Assembly: GCA_035644395.1 (NCBI GenBank)
Contig: DASQOR010000088.1
Coordinates: forward strand, 17,606 to 81,605
DNA: 64,000 nucleotides
Direction of reading: 5' to 3'
DNA from: Steroidobacteraceae bacterium
GTDB lineage: Bacteria; Pseudomonadota; Gammaproteobacteria; Steroidobacterales; Steroidobacteraceae
Each line of letters opens with the position of its first letter. Positions within the stretch are counted from its first letter, which is position 1. This document shows, in pieces, positions 20,068 through 29,465 of this stretch. The notes under the pieces are model-generated. The model saw only the letters and a program-made list of their open reading frames with translations, had not been told where the DNA came from and did not search any database. The position numbers were made by a program, and so were the translations under genes.

Positions 20068-21249
20068 ATGTCGACCGACGCCGTATTCATCCTCGCCGCA
20101 CGCCGCACGCCGATCGGTGCATTTCAGGGCGTGTTGAGCGCCGTCACGGCGCCGCAGCTCGGCGCGGCCGCCGCAGCCGCCGCCATCGCCGACTCCGGCG
20201 TGAAGTCCGCGGACATCCAGGAAGTCATTTTCGGCTGCGTGCTGCCTGCCGGACTCGGCCAAGCGCCGGCGCGGCAGGCTGCGCTCGGCGCGGGCGTACC
20301 GACGGGCACGCCAACGACCACGGTCAACAAGATGTGCGGCTCCGGCCTCAAGGCAATCATGATGGCCGCCGATCAGCTGCGGACCGGCGACATCGACATT
20401 GCGCTTGCAGGCGGGCTCGAGTCGATGACGAACGCTCCTTATCTATTGCCGAAGGCGCGCGGCGGCTACCGCATGGGCCCCGGGGAGATTCTCGATCACC
20501 TGTTCACCGACGGCCTGCAGAGCCCCTGGGATGGGCAGTTGATGGGCACGTTCGCCGAAGCGACCGCGGAGAAATACGGCTTCTCGCGCGCCGACCAGGA
20601 TGCGTTCGCCGGCGAATCGGTGAAGCGCGCGCTGCAGGCGGTCGAGGGCGGTGCGTTCGCTCGCGAGATCGCGCCGGTCACGGTGAAATCACGCAAGGGT
20701 GAGACCGTCGTCGGTCGCGACGAGACTCCCTTCACCTGCGACATTGCGAAGATTCCGACGCTGAAGCCCGCGTTCAAGAAGGACGGCACAGTCACCGCGG
20801 CGAGCTCGTCTTCGATCTCCGACGGCGCGGCGGCTCTCGTGCTTGCGAGTGCGGCGACCGTGAAATCCCGTGGGCTGAAGCCGCTGGCGCGCGTCGTCGC
20901 TTACGGCAGCTTCGCGCAGGAACCTGCCTGGTTCACCACGGCGCCGGTCGGCGCCATCCGCAAGGTGCTCGAGCAAGCCGGCTGGCGCGCGAACGAAGTC
21001 GATCTCTACGAAGTGAACGAAGCGTTCGCCTGCGTCACGATGGCCGCGATGAAGGACATCGGCATCGACCACGCGCGCCTCAACGTAAATGGCGGCGCCT
21101 GTGCGCTCGGGCATCCGATCGGCGCGACCGGCGCGAGAATCACCACGACCCTGGTGCACGCGCTCAAGGCACGCGGGCTCAAGCGCGGCATCGCCTCGCT
21201 CTGCATCGGCGGCGGCGAAGCGACTGCCCTTGCGGTCGAAATGGTCTGA
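20068..21249 (+). CDS. Acetyl-CoA C-acetyltransferase (thiolase II family)
   Basis: 393 aa. Contains VNKMCGSGLKA (active-site Cys), NVNGGACALGHPIGATG and CIGGGEA, the thiolase signatures. Confidence 0.9.
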   Translation: MSTDAVFILAARRTPIGAFQGVLSAVTAPQLGAAAAAAAIADSGVKSADIQEVIFGCVLPAGLGQAPARQAALGAGVPTGTPTTTVNKMCGSGLKAIMMAADQLRTGDIDIALAGGLESMTNAPYLLPKARGGYRMGPGEILDHLFTDGLQSPWDGQLMGTFAEATAEKYGFSRADQDAFAGESVKRALQAVEGGAFAREIAPVTVKSRKGETVVGRDETPFTCDIAKIPTLKPAFKKDGTVTAASSSSISDGAAALVLASAATVKSRGLKPLARVVAYGSFAQEPAWFTTAPVGAIRKVLEQAGWRANEVDLYEVNEAFACVTMAAMKDIGIDHARLNVNGGACALGHPIGATGARITTTLVHALKARGLKRGIASLCIGGGEATALAVEMV

Positions 21250-21255
21250 CGCGAC

Positions 21256-22059
21256 ATGAGCACCGCCGCCCCGGTTCAGCTTGCGATCGATGCACACGGC
21301 ATTGCGCGCGTCACGCTCGATCGGGCCGACAAGCACAATGCCTTCGATGCCGAAACCGTTGCGCGCCTGCGCGAGGTTTTTGTCGGCCTTGCGCGCAATG
21401 CGAGCGCACGGGTCGTCGTGCTCCAGGGCGCCGGCCCGACGTTTTGCGCGGGCGCCGATCTCGACTGGATGAGAAAAATGGCGGCGCTCGATTCCTCGGC
21501 CAATTTCGCCGACGCGCGCGCCCTCACGGAAATGCTCGCCGCCCTTGACCGCCTGCCGAAACCCACGATCGCACGGGTACAGGGTCCGGCCTATGGCGGC
21601 GGCGTCGGGCTCATCGCCTGCTGCGACATTGCGATCGGTGTGACCACGGCGCGCTTCGCGCTGACCGAAGTGCGGCTTGGCGTCGTCCCGGCAGCGATTT
21701 CTCCTTATGTGATTGCCGCGATCGGAACGCGTCTCGCACGACGTTACCTGCTGACCGCCGAGACCCTGAGCGCCGCGGTGGCGCTCGAGGCGCGGCTCCT
21801 GCACGAAGTCTGCGAGCCCGCGAAGCTCGATGAGGCCGTGTCCGAGCAAATCGAACTGCTGCTGAAGGCGGGTCCCGAGGCGCTGCGCGAGTGCAAGGAG
21901 CTCATTCGCGAAGTGCATGCCGCGCGCGGCACGAACGACGAACTGCGCGCGAGCACGGCCCATCGGCTGGCCCGTCTGCGCATGAGCGAAGAAGGACGCG
22001 AAGGCATGAATGCGTTCCTCGAGAAGCGGCCCCCCTCGTGGTCGAAGAAGGACGGCTGA
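21256..22059 (+). CDS. Enoyl-CoA hydratase/isomerase family protein (methylglutaconyl-CoA hydratase-like)
   Basis: 267 aa. Crotonase fold: FCAGADLDWMRKM, GPAYGGGVGLIACCD. Confidence 0.8.
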   Translation: MSTAAPVQLAIDAHGIARVTLDRADKHNAFDAETVARLREVFVGLARNASARVVVLQGAGPTFCAGADLDWMRKMAALDSSANFADARALTEMLAALDRLPKPTIARVQGPAYGGGVGLIACCDIAIGVTTARFALTEVRLGVVPAAISPYVIAAIGTRLARRYLLTAETLSAAVALEARLLHEVCEPAKLDEAVSEQIELLLKAGPEALRECKELIREVHAARGTNDELRASTAHRLARLRMSEEGREGMNAFLEKRPPSWSKKDG

Positions 22060-22060
22060 G

Positions 22061-22828
22061 ATGCAATGGAGCGAAGCAAAGGCGATTGTTACCGGCGGCG
22101 CATCCGGCCTCGGGCTCGCGGTGGTCGAACGCATCGTGGCAGCCGGCGGCGGCGCGGCGATCCTCGACCTGCAGGACGCGCCCGGCCAGGCGGCAGCCGC
22201 GCGGCTGGGCGCGACGGTCGCCTACGTTCACTGTGACGTGACGAACGAAAACGAAGTGAAGTCCGCGGTCACCGCGGCGCTCGGGCAGCTCGGCGGGCTC
22301 AATCTCGTCGTGAATTGCGCGGGCGTCATCGGCGCGGGACGGGCGGTCGGCCGCGAAGGGCCGATGCCGGGCGAACTCTTCGTCAAGACCGTCCACATTA
22401 ATCTCATCGGCACGTTCTTCGTCGACAAGACGGCGGCCGCGCTGATGCAGAAGAACCCGCCGTCCGCCGACGGCGAACGCGGTCTCCTTATTCATACCTC
22501 GTCGGTGGCGGCCTTCGAAGGCCAGATCGGCCAGGTCGCCTATTCGGCGACGAAAGCCGGCGTAATGGGCATGGTGCTGCCGCTCGCGCGCGAGTTCGCG
22601 CAGTTCGGCATCCGCGTGATGGCGATCGCGCCCGGCATCTTCATGACGCCGATGGCCTCCGCCATGAAGCCCGACGTGCAAGCCTCGCTCGCCGCACAGG
22701 TGCCCTTCCCATCGCGCTTCGGCAAGCCCGAGGAATACGCATTGCTCGTGCAATCGATCTTCGAGAATCCGATGTTGAACGGCGAAACAATCCGCCTCGA
22801 CGGCGCGATCCGCATGCAGCCGAAGTGA
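22061..22828 (+). CDS. Short-chain dehydrogenase, 3-hydroxyacyl-CoA / 3-hydroxy-2-methylbutyryl-CoA dehydrogenase type (HADH2-like)
   Basis: ORF 22010..22828 trimmed to ATG 22061, 1 nt after the preceding stop. Contains TGGASGLG (cofactor site) and YSATKAGV (YxxxK). Confidence 0.85.
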   Translation: MQWSEAKAIVTGGASGLGLAVVERIVAAGGGAAILDLQDAPGQAAAARLGATVAYVHCDVTNENEVKSAVTAALGQLGGLNLVVNCAGVIGAGRAVGREGPMPGELFVKTVHINLIGTFFVDKTAAALMQKNPPSADGERGLLIHTSSVAAFEGQIGQVAYSATKAGVMGMVLPLAREFAQFGIRVMAIAPGIFMTPMASAMKPDVQASLAAQVPFPSRFGKPEEYALLVQSIFENPMLNGETIRLDGAIRMQPK

Positions 22829-22829
22829 G

Positions 22830-22909
22830 AAAAAGGGGACAGATTTATTTTCTTGAATATCTGCGCATCCCCACCAGATACGCAAGAAAATAAATCTGTC
22901 CCCTTTTTC
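22830..22909. repeat. Type B GGGGACA long-hairpin repeat, copy 2; fills the convergent SDR/fumarase junction
   Basis: AAAAAGGGGACAGATTTATTTTCTTG...CAAGAAAATAAATCTGTCCCCTTTTT. The CTTG/CAAG pair is a compensatory change relative to CTCG/CGAG in copies 1 and 3. Confidence 0.85.
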
Positions 22910-24439
22910 TCAGGCGACTCGCACCGGTATTTTCAGGGTGCGGATTTTCTCGCTCCATTCCTTCGGAGCCTGGTCGTGCACCGAGTTGCCGGCGCTGTCG
23001 ACGGCGACCGTGACCGGCATGTCCTTCACGTCGAATTCGTAGATCGCTTCCATGCCGAGGTCCTCGAACGCGACGACGCGCGAGGAGCGGATCGCCTTCG
23101 AGACGAGATAGGCCGCGCCGCCGATGGCCATCAGGTATGCGGCCTTGTGCTTCGCGATCGAAGCGACCGCCGCGGGCCCGCGCTCGGCCTTGCCGATCAT
23201 GCCAAGGAGACCGGTCCTCTCGAGCAGCACGTCGGTGAACTTGTCCATGCGCGTCGCCGTCGTCGGTCCCGCAGGGCCGACCACTTCGTTGCGCACCGGA
23301 TCGACCGGGCCGACGTAGTAGATGACGCGATTCAGGAAATCGACGCCCGCCGGCAAGCCCTTGCCGCTCGCGAAGAGGTCGGCCATCCGCTTGTGCGCAG
23401 CGTCGCGGCCCGTGAGCATTTTCCCCGTCAGCAGCAGGGTCTCGCCCGGCTTCCAGGTCAGCACCTCGGCGCGCGTCAATGCATCGAGATCGACATGGCG
23501 CGATGACGGCGACGGACCCCAATGCACATCGGGCCACGCCGACAAGGGCGGCGGATCGAGCGCCGCGGGTCCGCTGCCATCGAGCACGACGTGTGCGTGG
23601 CGCGTGGCGGCGCAATTCGGGATCATCGCAACCGGCTTGCTCGCCGCGTGGGTCGAGTACGTCTGGATCTTGACGTCGAGCACCGTCGTGAGGCCGCCGA
23701 GTCCCTGCGCGCCGATGCCAAGCGCATTCACCTTTTCGAAGAGCTCGATCCGCAATTCCTCGAGCGGGTTCTTCGGGCCGCGCGCGAGCAGTTCGTGCAT
23801 GTCGAGCGGTTGCATCAGCGATTCCTTCGCCATGAGCATCGCCTTCTCCGCCGTGCCGCCGACACCGATGCCGAGCATGCCCGGCGGGCACCAGCCAGCG
23901 CCCATCGTCGGCACCGTCTTCAATACCCAGTCGACGAGCGAATCGCTCGGGTTCAGCATGACGAACTGCGACTTGTTCTCCGAGCCGCCGCCCTTCGCGG
24001 CGACCGTGATCTCGACGGTATCGCCCGGGACGATCTCCGTGTGGATGACGGCGGGCGTGTTGTCGCCGGTGTTCTTCCGGTTGAAGAGCGGATCGAGCAC
24101 GATGGAGCCGCGCAACCTGTTGTCGGGGTCAAGATACGCCCGGCGCACGCCCTCGTTCACCATGTCGGCGACGCTCAGCTTCGCGTCCCAGCGCACGTTC
24201 ATGCCGACCTTGAGGAAAACGTTCACGATCCCCGTGTCCTGGCAGATCGGGCGCTTGCCCTCCGCGCACAGGCGCGAGTTCGTGAGGATCTGTGCGATCG
24301 CGTCCTTCGCCGCCGGCGACTGTTCGCGCTCGTACGCGCGCGCGAGGTGCTCGATGTAGTCGACCGGGTGGTAATACGAGATGAACTGCAAGGCGTCGGC
24401 GACGCTCGTGACGAAGTCTTCCTGCTTGATCGTGCTCAT
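22910..24439 (-). CDS. fumA: Fumarate hydratase, class I (Fe-S dependent)
   Basis: 509 aa. Contains CAEGKRPICQDTG plus fused alpha and beta domains typical of class I fumarases. Confidence 0.9.
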   Translation of the reverse strand: MSTIKQEDFVTSVADALQFISYYHPVDYIEHLARAYEREQSPAAKDAIAQILTNSRLCAEGKRPICQDTGIVNVFLKVGMNVRWDAKLSVADMVNEGVRRAYLDPDNRLRGSIVLDPLFNRKNTGDNTPAVIHTEIVPGDTVEITVAAKGGGSENKSQFVMLNPSDSLVDWVLKTVPTMGAGWCPPGMLGIGVGGTAEKAMLMAKESLMQPLDMHELLARGPKNPLEELRIELFEKVNALGIGAQGLGGLTTVLDVKIQTYSTHAASKPVAMIPNCAATRHAHVVLDGSGPAALDPPPLSAWPDVHWGPSPSSRHVDLDALTRAEVLTWKPGETLLLTGKMLTGRDAAHKRMADLFASGKGLPAGVDFLNRVIYYVGPVDPVRNEVVGPAGPTTATRMDKFTDVLLERTGLLGMIGKAERGPAAVASIAKHKAAYLMAIGGAAYLVSKAIRSSRVVAFEDLGMEAIYEFDVKDMPVTVAVDSAGNSVHDQAPKEWSEKIRTLKIPVRVA

Positions 24440-24610
24440 GACACCAATCCTGGGGCGGATCGCGGGCGGGCCGCTAACCTAACAGCTCGCGCGCATGGCG
24501 ACAAAGGAAGGCGCTGATGTCGGGAAGCCCTTTCGGGACCGACCGGCGCCCCGCACTATCCGATGTGTTAGATTTTCGGCCCGCCCACTTTGCTGCGAGC
24601 GATCCGCCCG

Positions 24611-26212
24611 ATGAGCGACCGCGATGTGATGGAGTATGACGTCGTCATCGTCGGCGGCGGGCCCGCGGGCCTCGCCTGCGCCATCCGGCTGAAACAGCTG
24701 AAGAACGACCTCACCGTCTGCGTGCTCGAGAAGGGCTCCGCGCTCGGCGCACACTCGCTGTCGGGCGCCGTCATGGAATGTGCGCCGCTCGATGCGCTGC
24801 TGCCCGACTGGCGCAACACGCCGCCCGCGATCTGCGTGCCGGCCACCCACGATGAGTTCGCGCTCCTCACGCGCACGAGCCGCTGGAGGCTGCCGACGCC
24901 ACCCCAGATGAAGAATCACGGCAACGTCATTGTGTCGCTTGGCCAGCTGACGCCGATCCTGGGCGCGCGCGCGGAACAGCTCGGTGTCGATGTGTTTGCG
25001 GGCTTCGCCGCCGCCGATGCCATCTTCAACGAAGACGGGTCAGTAGCGGGCGTGCGCATCGGCGACATGGGCATCGAGAAGGACGGCAAGCACGGTCCGA
25101 ACTACACGCCAGGCGCGGACGTCCGCGCGAAAGTGACGATGCTCGCGGAAGGATGCCGCGGCAGTCTTTCCAAGCAGTTGATCCATCGCTTCAAGCTGGA
25201 CGACGGCAAGTCGCCGCAGACCTACGGACTCGGGCTCAAGGAACTCTGGCAGCTCGCGAAGGGCCGCGGCGAACCCGGCCGCATCGAGCACACCGTCGGC
25301 TGGCCGCTCGACAATCGCACGTATGGCGGCAGCTTCGTCTATCACCTCACCGATGACCGCGCGTACGTCGGTTTCGTCGTGGGACTCGACTACGAGGACC
25401 CGCGCTTCAAACCGTTCGAGGCATTCCAGCAATTCAAGAATCACCCGAGCATCAAGCCGCTGCTCGACGGCGGCGACATCATTTCGGCGGGAGCGCGCAC
25501 GATTGCCGCGGGCGGCTGGCAATCGCTGCCGACCCTCGAGATGCCGGGCGCGCTCCTCATCGGCGACGCGGGCGGCAACGTCAACGTACCGAAGATCAAG
25601 GGCATCCACCAGGCGATCCGTTCCGGTGTGCTCGCCGCCGAACACTACGTCGAGTGCGCGAGGAGCGAGGGCTTCGATGCGAAGTGGCGCGCGTCCGCCG
25701 GCGGGCAGGAACTGAAGAAGGTCCGCAACATCAAGCCGGGTTTCAAGCGCGGACTCTGGTTCGGGCTGGCCAACGCCGGGCTCGAAACGGTGACGCTTGG
25801 CAAACTGCCGTGGACGCTCAGGAACTCAGCGGGCTACGCGGCCACCGAGCAGCTCGCCGCCTACGAATCGCCGGATCGCGGCTGGACCGATCGGACGCTC
25901 CCGCCGCGCGATCGCCTCGCGTCGGTCTTCTTTGCAGCGACCACGCACGATGAGGCGCAGCCCGCGCATCTGCATGTCGCGGACACGAACATCTGCGCTA
26001 CTCGCTGCGCGCAGGAGTTCGGCAACCCCTGCACGAATTTCTGTCCCGCGAACGTCTACGAGATGGTCGACGACGGGAGCGGCGGCAAGCGGCTGCAGAT
26101 CAACGCGGCGAATTGCGTGCATTGCAAGGCCTGCGACATCAAGGATCCCTACCAGATCATCAACTGGGTCACGCCGGAAGGCGGCTCCGGTCCCAACTAC
26201 CAGAGCCTCTAG
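24611..26212 (+). CDS. Electron transfer flavoprotein-ubiquinone oxidoreductase (ETF-QO)
   Basis: ORF 24590 (TTG) trimmed to ATG 24611. Has the FAD fold YDVVIVGGGPAGL and a C-terminal 4Fe-4S segment (NAANCVHCKACDIKDP). Confidence 0.9.
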   Translation: MSDRDVMEYDVVIVGGGPAGLACAIRLKQLKNDLTVCVLEKGSALGAHSLSGAVMECAPLDALLPDWRNTPPAICVPATHDEFALLTRTSRWRLPTPPQMKNHGNVIVSLGQLTPILGARAEQLGVDVFAGFAAADAIFNEDGSVAGVRIGDMGIEKDGKHGPNYTPGADVRAKVTMLAEGCRGSLSKQLIHRFKLDDGKSPQTYGLGLKELWQLAKGRGEPGRIEHTVGWPLDNRTYGGSFVYHLTDDRAYVGFVVGLDYEDPRFKPFEAFQQFKNHPSIKPLLDGGDIISAGARTIAAGGWQSLPTLEMPGALLIGDAGGNVNVPKIKGIHQAIRSGVLAAEHYVECARSEGFDAKWRASAGGQELKKVRNIKPGFKRGLWFGLANAGLETVTLGKLPWTLRNSAGYAATEQLAAYESPDRGWTDRTLPPRDRLASVFFAATTHDEAQPAHLHVADTNICATRCAQEFGNPCTNFCPANVYEMVDDGSGGKRLQINAANCVHCKACDIKDPYQIINWVTPEGGSGPNYQSL

Positions 26213-26229
26213 GGTCGAGCCGCGCGCCC

Positions 26230-27336
26230 GTGACCGCTGCAACGCTCGCTGAGCACTACGAGGAATGGATCGCCCGCGGCAGGATCGCGGCCGATTCTGC
26301 GCAGCGGCGCGCCGTCGAGCGCCTGGACGAATTGCGCGCCGAACTCATCGACCATCCGCGCCGCTACGGATTCTGGCGGCGCCGCCTCATCCGCTGGATG
26401 CCGAAGCACGCGACGCTCAGGCCGCCGCGTGGCGTTTATCTCTGGGGCGGCGTCGGGCGCGGCAAGACGCTCATCATGGATCTGTTCTTCGACACGCTGA
26501 CGACCACGGACCGCCGGCGCACGCACTTCCATCGCTTCATGCACGAACTGCACGTCGAGCTCGGGCGGCTGAAGCATCGCGCGAATCCCCTCGAAGTGGT
26601 CGCGCACCGCATCGCGCGCCGCACGCGCGTCATCTGCTTCGACGAGTTCTTCGTGACGGACATCGCGGACGCGATGCTTCTCGGCACGCTCTTCGCGGGG
26701 CTCTTCCGGCGGGGCGTTGCGCTCGTCGCAACCTCGAACCTGCCGCCCGTCGACCTCTACCGCGACGGATTGCAGCGGCAACGGTTCCTCCCGGCCATCG
26801 AGCTCATCGAAGCGAACGTCGACGTGGTACAGGTGGATCACGGCGTCGACTACCGGCTGCGCCAGCTCGAGCGCGCGAAGATCTATCAATTGAGTGCAAC
26901 GCCGGAGGCCGAGGCAAAGCTCGGTGAGGCGTTCGTCGCGGTGGCGGGCGCGGAGGGAACGGCCAACGGGTCGCTCGCGATCGCCGATCGGCCGATTCCC
27001 TACCGGCGGCTCGACGACGGCATCGTCTGGTTCGACTTCAAGGCAATCTGCGACGGACCGCGCAGCCAGGACGACTACATCGAGATCGCGCACGAGTTCC
27101 ACACGGTGCTCGTGTCAGAGGTGCCGCAGTTCGGCCCCACGACGGAAGATCAGGCGCGGCGCTTCATCGCGCTCGTCGACGAACTCTACGACCGCGCGGT
27201 GAACCTCATCCTGTCCGCGGCCGTGCCGATCGTCGATCTCTACCAGGGCACGCGCCTCCAATTCGAATTCCAGCGCACGACGAGCCGCCTCATCGAAATG
27301 CAGAGCCGCGACTACCTCGCCCGCCCGCACCGGTAA
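26230..27336 (+). CDS. zapE: AFG1-like ATPase / cell division protein ZapE
   Basis: ORF 26113..27336 trimmed to GTG 26230, after the ETF-QO stop. Walker A YLWGGVGRGKT, Walker B ICFDEFFV. Confidence 0.85.
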   Translation: MTAATLAEHYEEWIARGRIAADSAQRRAVERLDELRAELIDHPRRYGFWRRRLIRWMPKHATLRPPRGVYLWGGVGRGKTLIMDLFFDTLTTTDRRRTHFHRFMHELHVELGRLKHRANPLEVVAHRIARRTRVICFDEFFVTDIADAMLLGTLFAGLFRRGVALVATSNLPPVDLYRDGLQRQRFLPAIELIEANVDVVQVDHGVDYRLRQLERAKIYQLSATPEAEAKLGEAFVAVAGAEGTANGSLAIADRPIPYRRLDDGIVWFDFKAICDGPRSQDDYIEIAHEFHTVLVSEVPQFGPTTEDQARRFIALVDELYDRAVNLILSAAVPIVDLYQGTRLQFEFQRTTSRLIEMQSRDYLARPHR

Positions 27337-27361
27337 GTTAGACGGGGCACTCCCCATCTAC

Positions 27362-29392
27362 TTACCAGACGTCGCAGCGTTCCGACTCGGGGCGCACCAT
27401 CGGCGAGTTCGCCGGGCAGGAGAAGGCCTTGCGGAACTCCGGCAGGTTCGAGAGCGGCCCGATCACGCGGTACTTGCCGATCGGGTGCGGGTCGCCCTGC
27501 ACCATCGTGCGCGCGAATTCCGGCCGTACGGCATCGCCGCGGAACTGCCCCCACGCGATGAAGAACTGCTGCTCGGGCGTGAAGCCGTCGATCGTCGGCA
27601 GCGGCGGCTTGCCCCGCCGCGAGATTTCAAGGGCGCGGAAGGCGATGCGGGCGCCCGCGAGATCACCGATGCTCTCGCCGAGCACGAGCTTGCCGTTGGT
27701 GTGGATGCCGGGCTCGACGAAGTAGCCGTCGAACTGCTTCACGACACAGGCGGTGCGCGCCTGGAATTGCTTCAGGTCCGCCTCGGTCCACCAGTTCTGC
27801 AAGCGGCCCTGCGCGTCGAACTGCGCGCCCTCGTCATCGAATCCGTGGCTGATCTCATGCCCGATCACGACGCCGATGGCGCCGTAGTTCACGGCATCGC
27901 TCGCCGCGAGCGTAAACGCGGGCGGCTGCAGGATGCCCGCCGGGAATACGATCTCGTTGAGGAGCGGGTTGTAGTACGCGTCGGACGTCGGCGGAGTCAG
28001 GCCCCAGCGGCCGCGATCCACGGGCTTGCCGATCGTCGCGAGATTGTCGTCGACGCCATATTTCTGGCCGGCGATGACATCGTCCCAGTACGAATCACGG
28101 TTGATCGGAACGTGGCTGTAGTCCTTCCAGCGATCGGGATAGCCGATCTTCGGGTTGAAGGTCGCAAGTTTCTCGAGCGCCTTCTTCTTCGTCTCAGCGC
28201 TCATCCACGCGAGGCCGTGAATCGTTTCAGCCATCGCGAGGCGCAGGTTCGCGACCATCTCCTGCATGCGCGCCTTGGCTTCGGGCGGGAAATACTTCTC
28301 GACGTAGAGTTTCCCGAGCGCTTCGCCCAGCTGCTGGTCGGTCGCTTCGACACAGCGCTTCCAGCGCGGCTTCATCTCGGTCGCCCCGTTGAGGTAGGCG
28401 CCGTTGAAGGCAAAATCCTCGTTGACGAACGTGGACGAAAGCGAGGGCGCCGCGAAGGCGACCAGGTGCCACTTGAGATAGGTCTTCCAATCCGCGATCG
28501 AAGTCGTAGCGAGCTGGCGATCCACTTCCGCAATGAACTTCGGTTCGGTGAGGTTCAGTTCGCTGAAGTTCACGCCCATTCGCTTGCCGTAGGCCGACCA
28601 GTCGAAATGCGGGGTGAGCTTCTGCAGATCCGCGAGCGACATCTTGTGGTCCGTCGCCTGCGGATCGCGCAACGCGACGTTGTCGAGCGAAGCGGTCGCA
28701 AGGCCCGTCTCCATGCGCATGACGGTCTCGACCGCTTGCTTCGCGGTCGCGGCATCGAACCCGGCCGCCGCGAGCAGCTTCGCCACGTGATCGCGATATT
28801 TTTGCCTCGCCTCGGCGAAGCGCGGCTCCTGGCTCAGGTAATAGTCGCGATCCGGCAGGCCAAGTCCGCCCGCGATCAATTGCGCGATGACGTTGGTCGG
28901 CTCGTGGTTATCGGACTGCCCGTAGAGCAGGAAAGGCACCGCGATGCCCGTGCGATGAAAGCGCGCGATGGCGCGCTCGAGATCCGCACGGCCCGCGATG
29001 GCGTCGATCTCGGCGAGCTGCGGCGCGAGCGGCCGGGCGCCGAGGCTTTCGATCTTCGCCTCGTTCATGCAGGCCGCATAGAAATCGCCCGTCAGGCGCT
29101 CGACGCTGCCGGGTGCCGCGCGGGTGTTGGCCGAGGTCTCCTTGAGGATCGTGTCGAGCTTGTCCTTGGACGATTCGCCCGCGGCCCAGCGCCGGCTCCA
29201 GCGCGGCATGCTCGCCGGAATCGGATTCTGCGCGCGCCAGGTGCCGTTCGCGTACTCGAAGAAATCCGTACAGGCCTCGACCTTGCGGTTCATGTCCGCG
29301 ACCTGCACGCCCATGGGCGGCGGCAACGGATCGCCCGCGAATGCGAGGCTGGCAAGGCCCGCTGTCAAGACTGCAGTGCCGAATTTCAGCAT
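27362..29392 (-). CDS. pepO: M13 family zinc metallopeptidase (PepO / endothelin-converting enzyme-like), secreted
   Basis: ORF 27362..29428 trimmed to ATG 29392 (MLKFGTAVLTAGLASLAFAG signal peptide). Contains the HEISHGFD (HExxH) motif. Confidence 0.9.
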   Translation of the reverse strand: MLKFGTAVLTAGLASLAFAGDPLPPPMGVQVADMNRKVEACTDFFEYANGTWRAQNPIPASMPRWSRRWAAGESSKDKLDTILKETSANTRAAPGSVERLTGDFYAACMNEAKIESLGARPLAPQLAEIDAIAGRADLERAIARFHRTGIAVPFLLYGQSDNHEPTNVIAQLIAGGLGLPDRDYYLSQEPRFAEARQKYRDHVAKLLAAAGFDAATAKQAVETVMRMETGLATASLDNVALRDPQATDHKMSLADLQKLTPHFDWSAYGKRMGVNFSELNLTEPKFIAEVDRQLATTSIADWKTYLKWHLVAFAAPSLSSTFVNEDFAFNGAYLNGATEMKPRWKRCVEATDQQLGEALGKLYVEKYFPPEAKARMQEMVANLRLAMAETIHGLAWMSAETKKKALEKLATFNPKIGYPDRWKDYSHVPINRDSYWDDVIAGQKYGVDDNLATIGKPVDRGRWGLTPPTSDAYYNPLLNEIVFPAGILQPPAFTLAASDAVNYGAIGVVIGHEISHGFDDEGAQFDAQGRLQNWWTEADLKQFQARTACVVKQFDGYFVEPGIHTNGKLVLGESIGDLAGARIAFRALEISRRGKPPLPTIDGFTPEQQFFIAWGQFRGDAVRPEFARTMVQGDPHPIGKYRVIGPLSNLPEFRKAFSCPANSPMVRPESERCDVW

Positions 29393-29410
29393 GTTGGTAT
29401 CCCTTGGAGA

Positions 29411-29464
29411 AAATGGGGACAGATCCATTTGCGCTCCCGGCGTCGCGAAAAAAGATCAGGCCCC
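29411..29464. repeat. Degenerate GGGGACA-type hairpin downstream of hppD; probable terminator
   Basis: AAATGGGGACAGATCCATTTGCGC-tcccggcgtc-GCGAAAAAAGATCAGGCCCC. 14 of 20 arm positions can pair. The 5' end matches the flank of the type A copy at 19878-19963 (AAATGGGGACA) and the type B core (GGGGACAGAT). Confidence 0.45.
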
Positions 29465-29465
29465 G

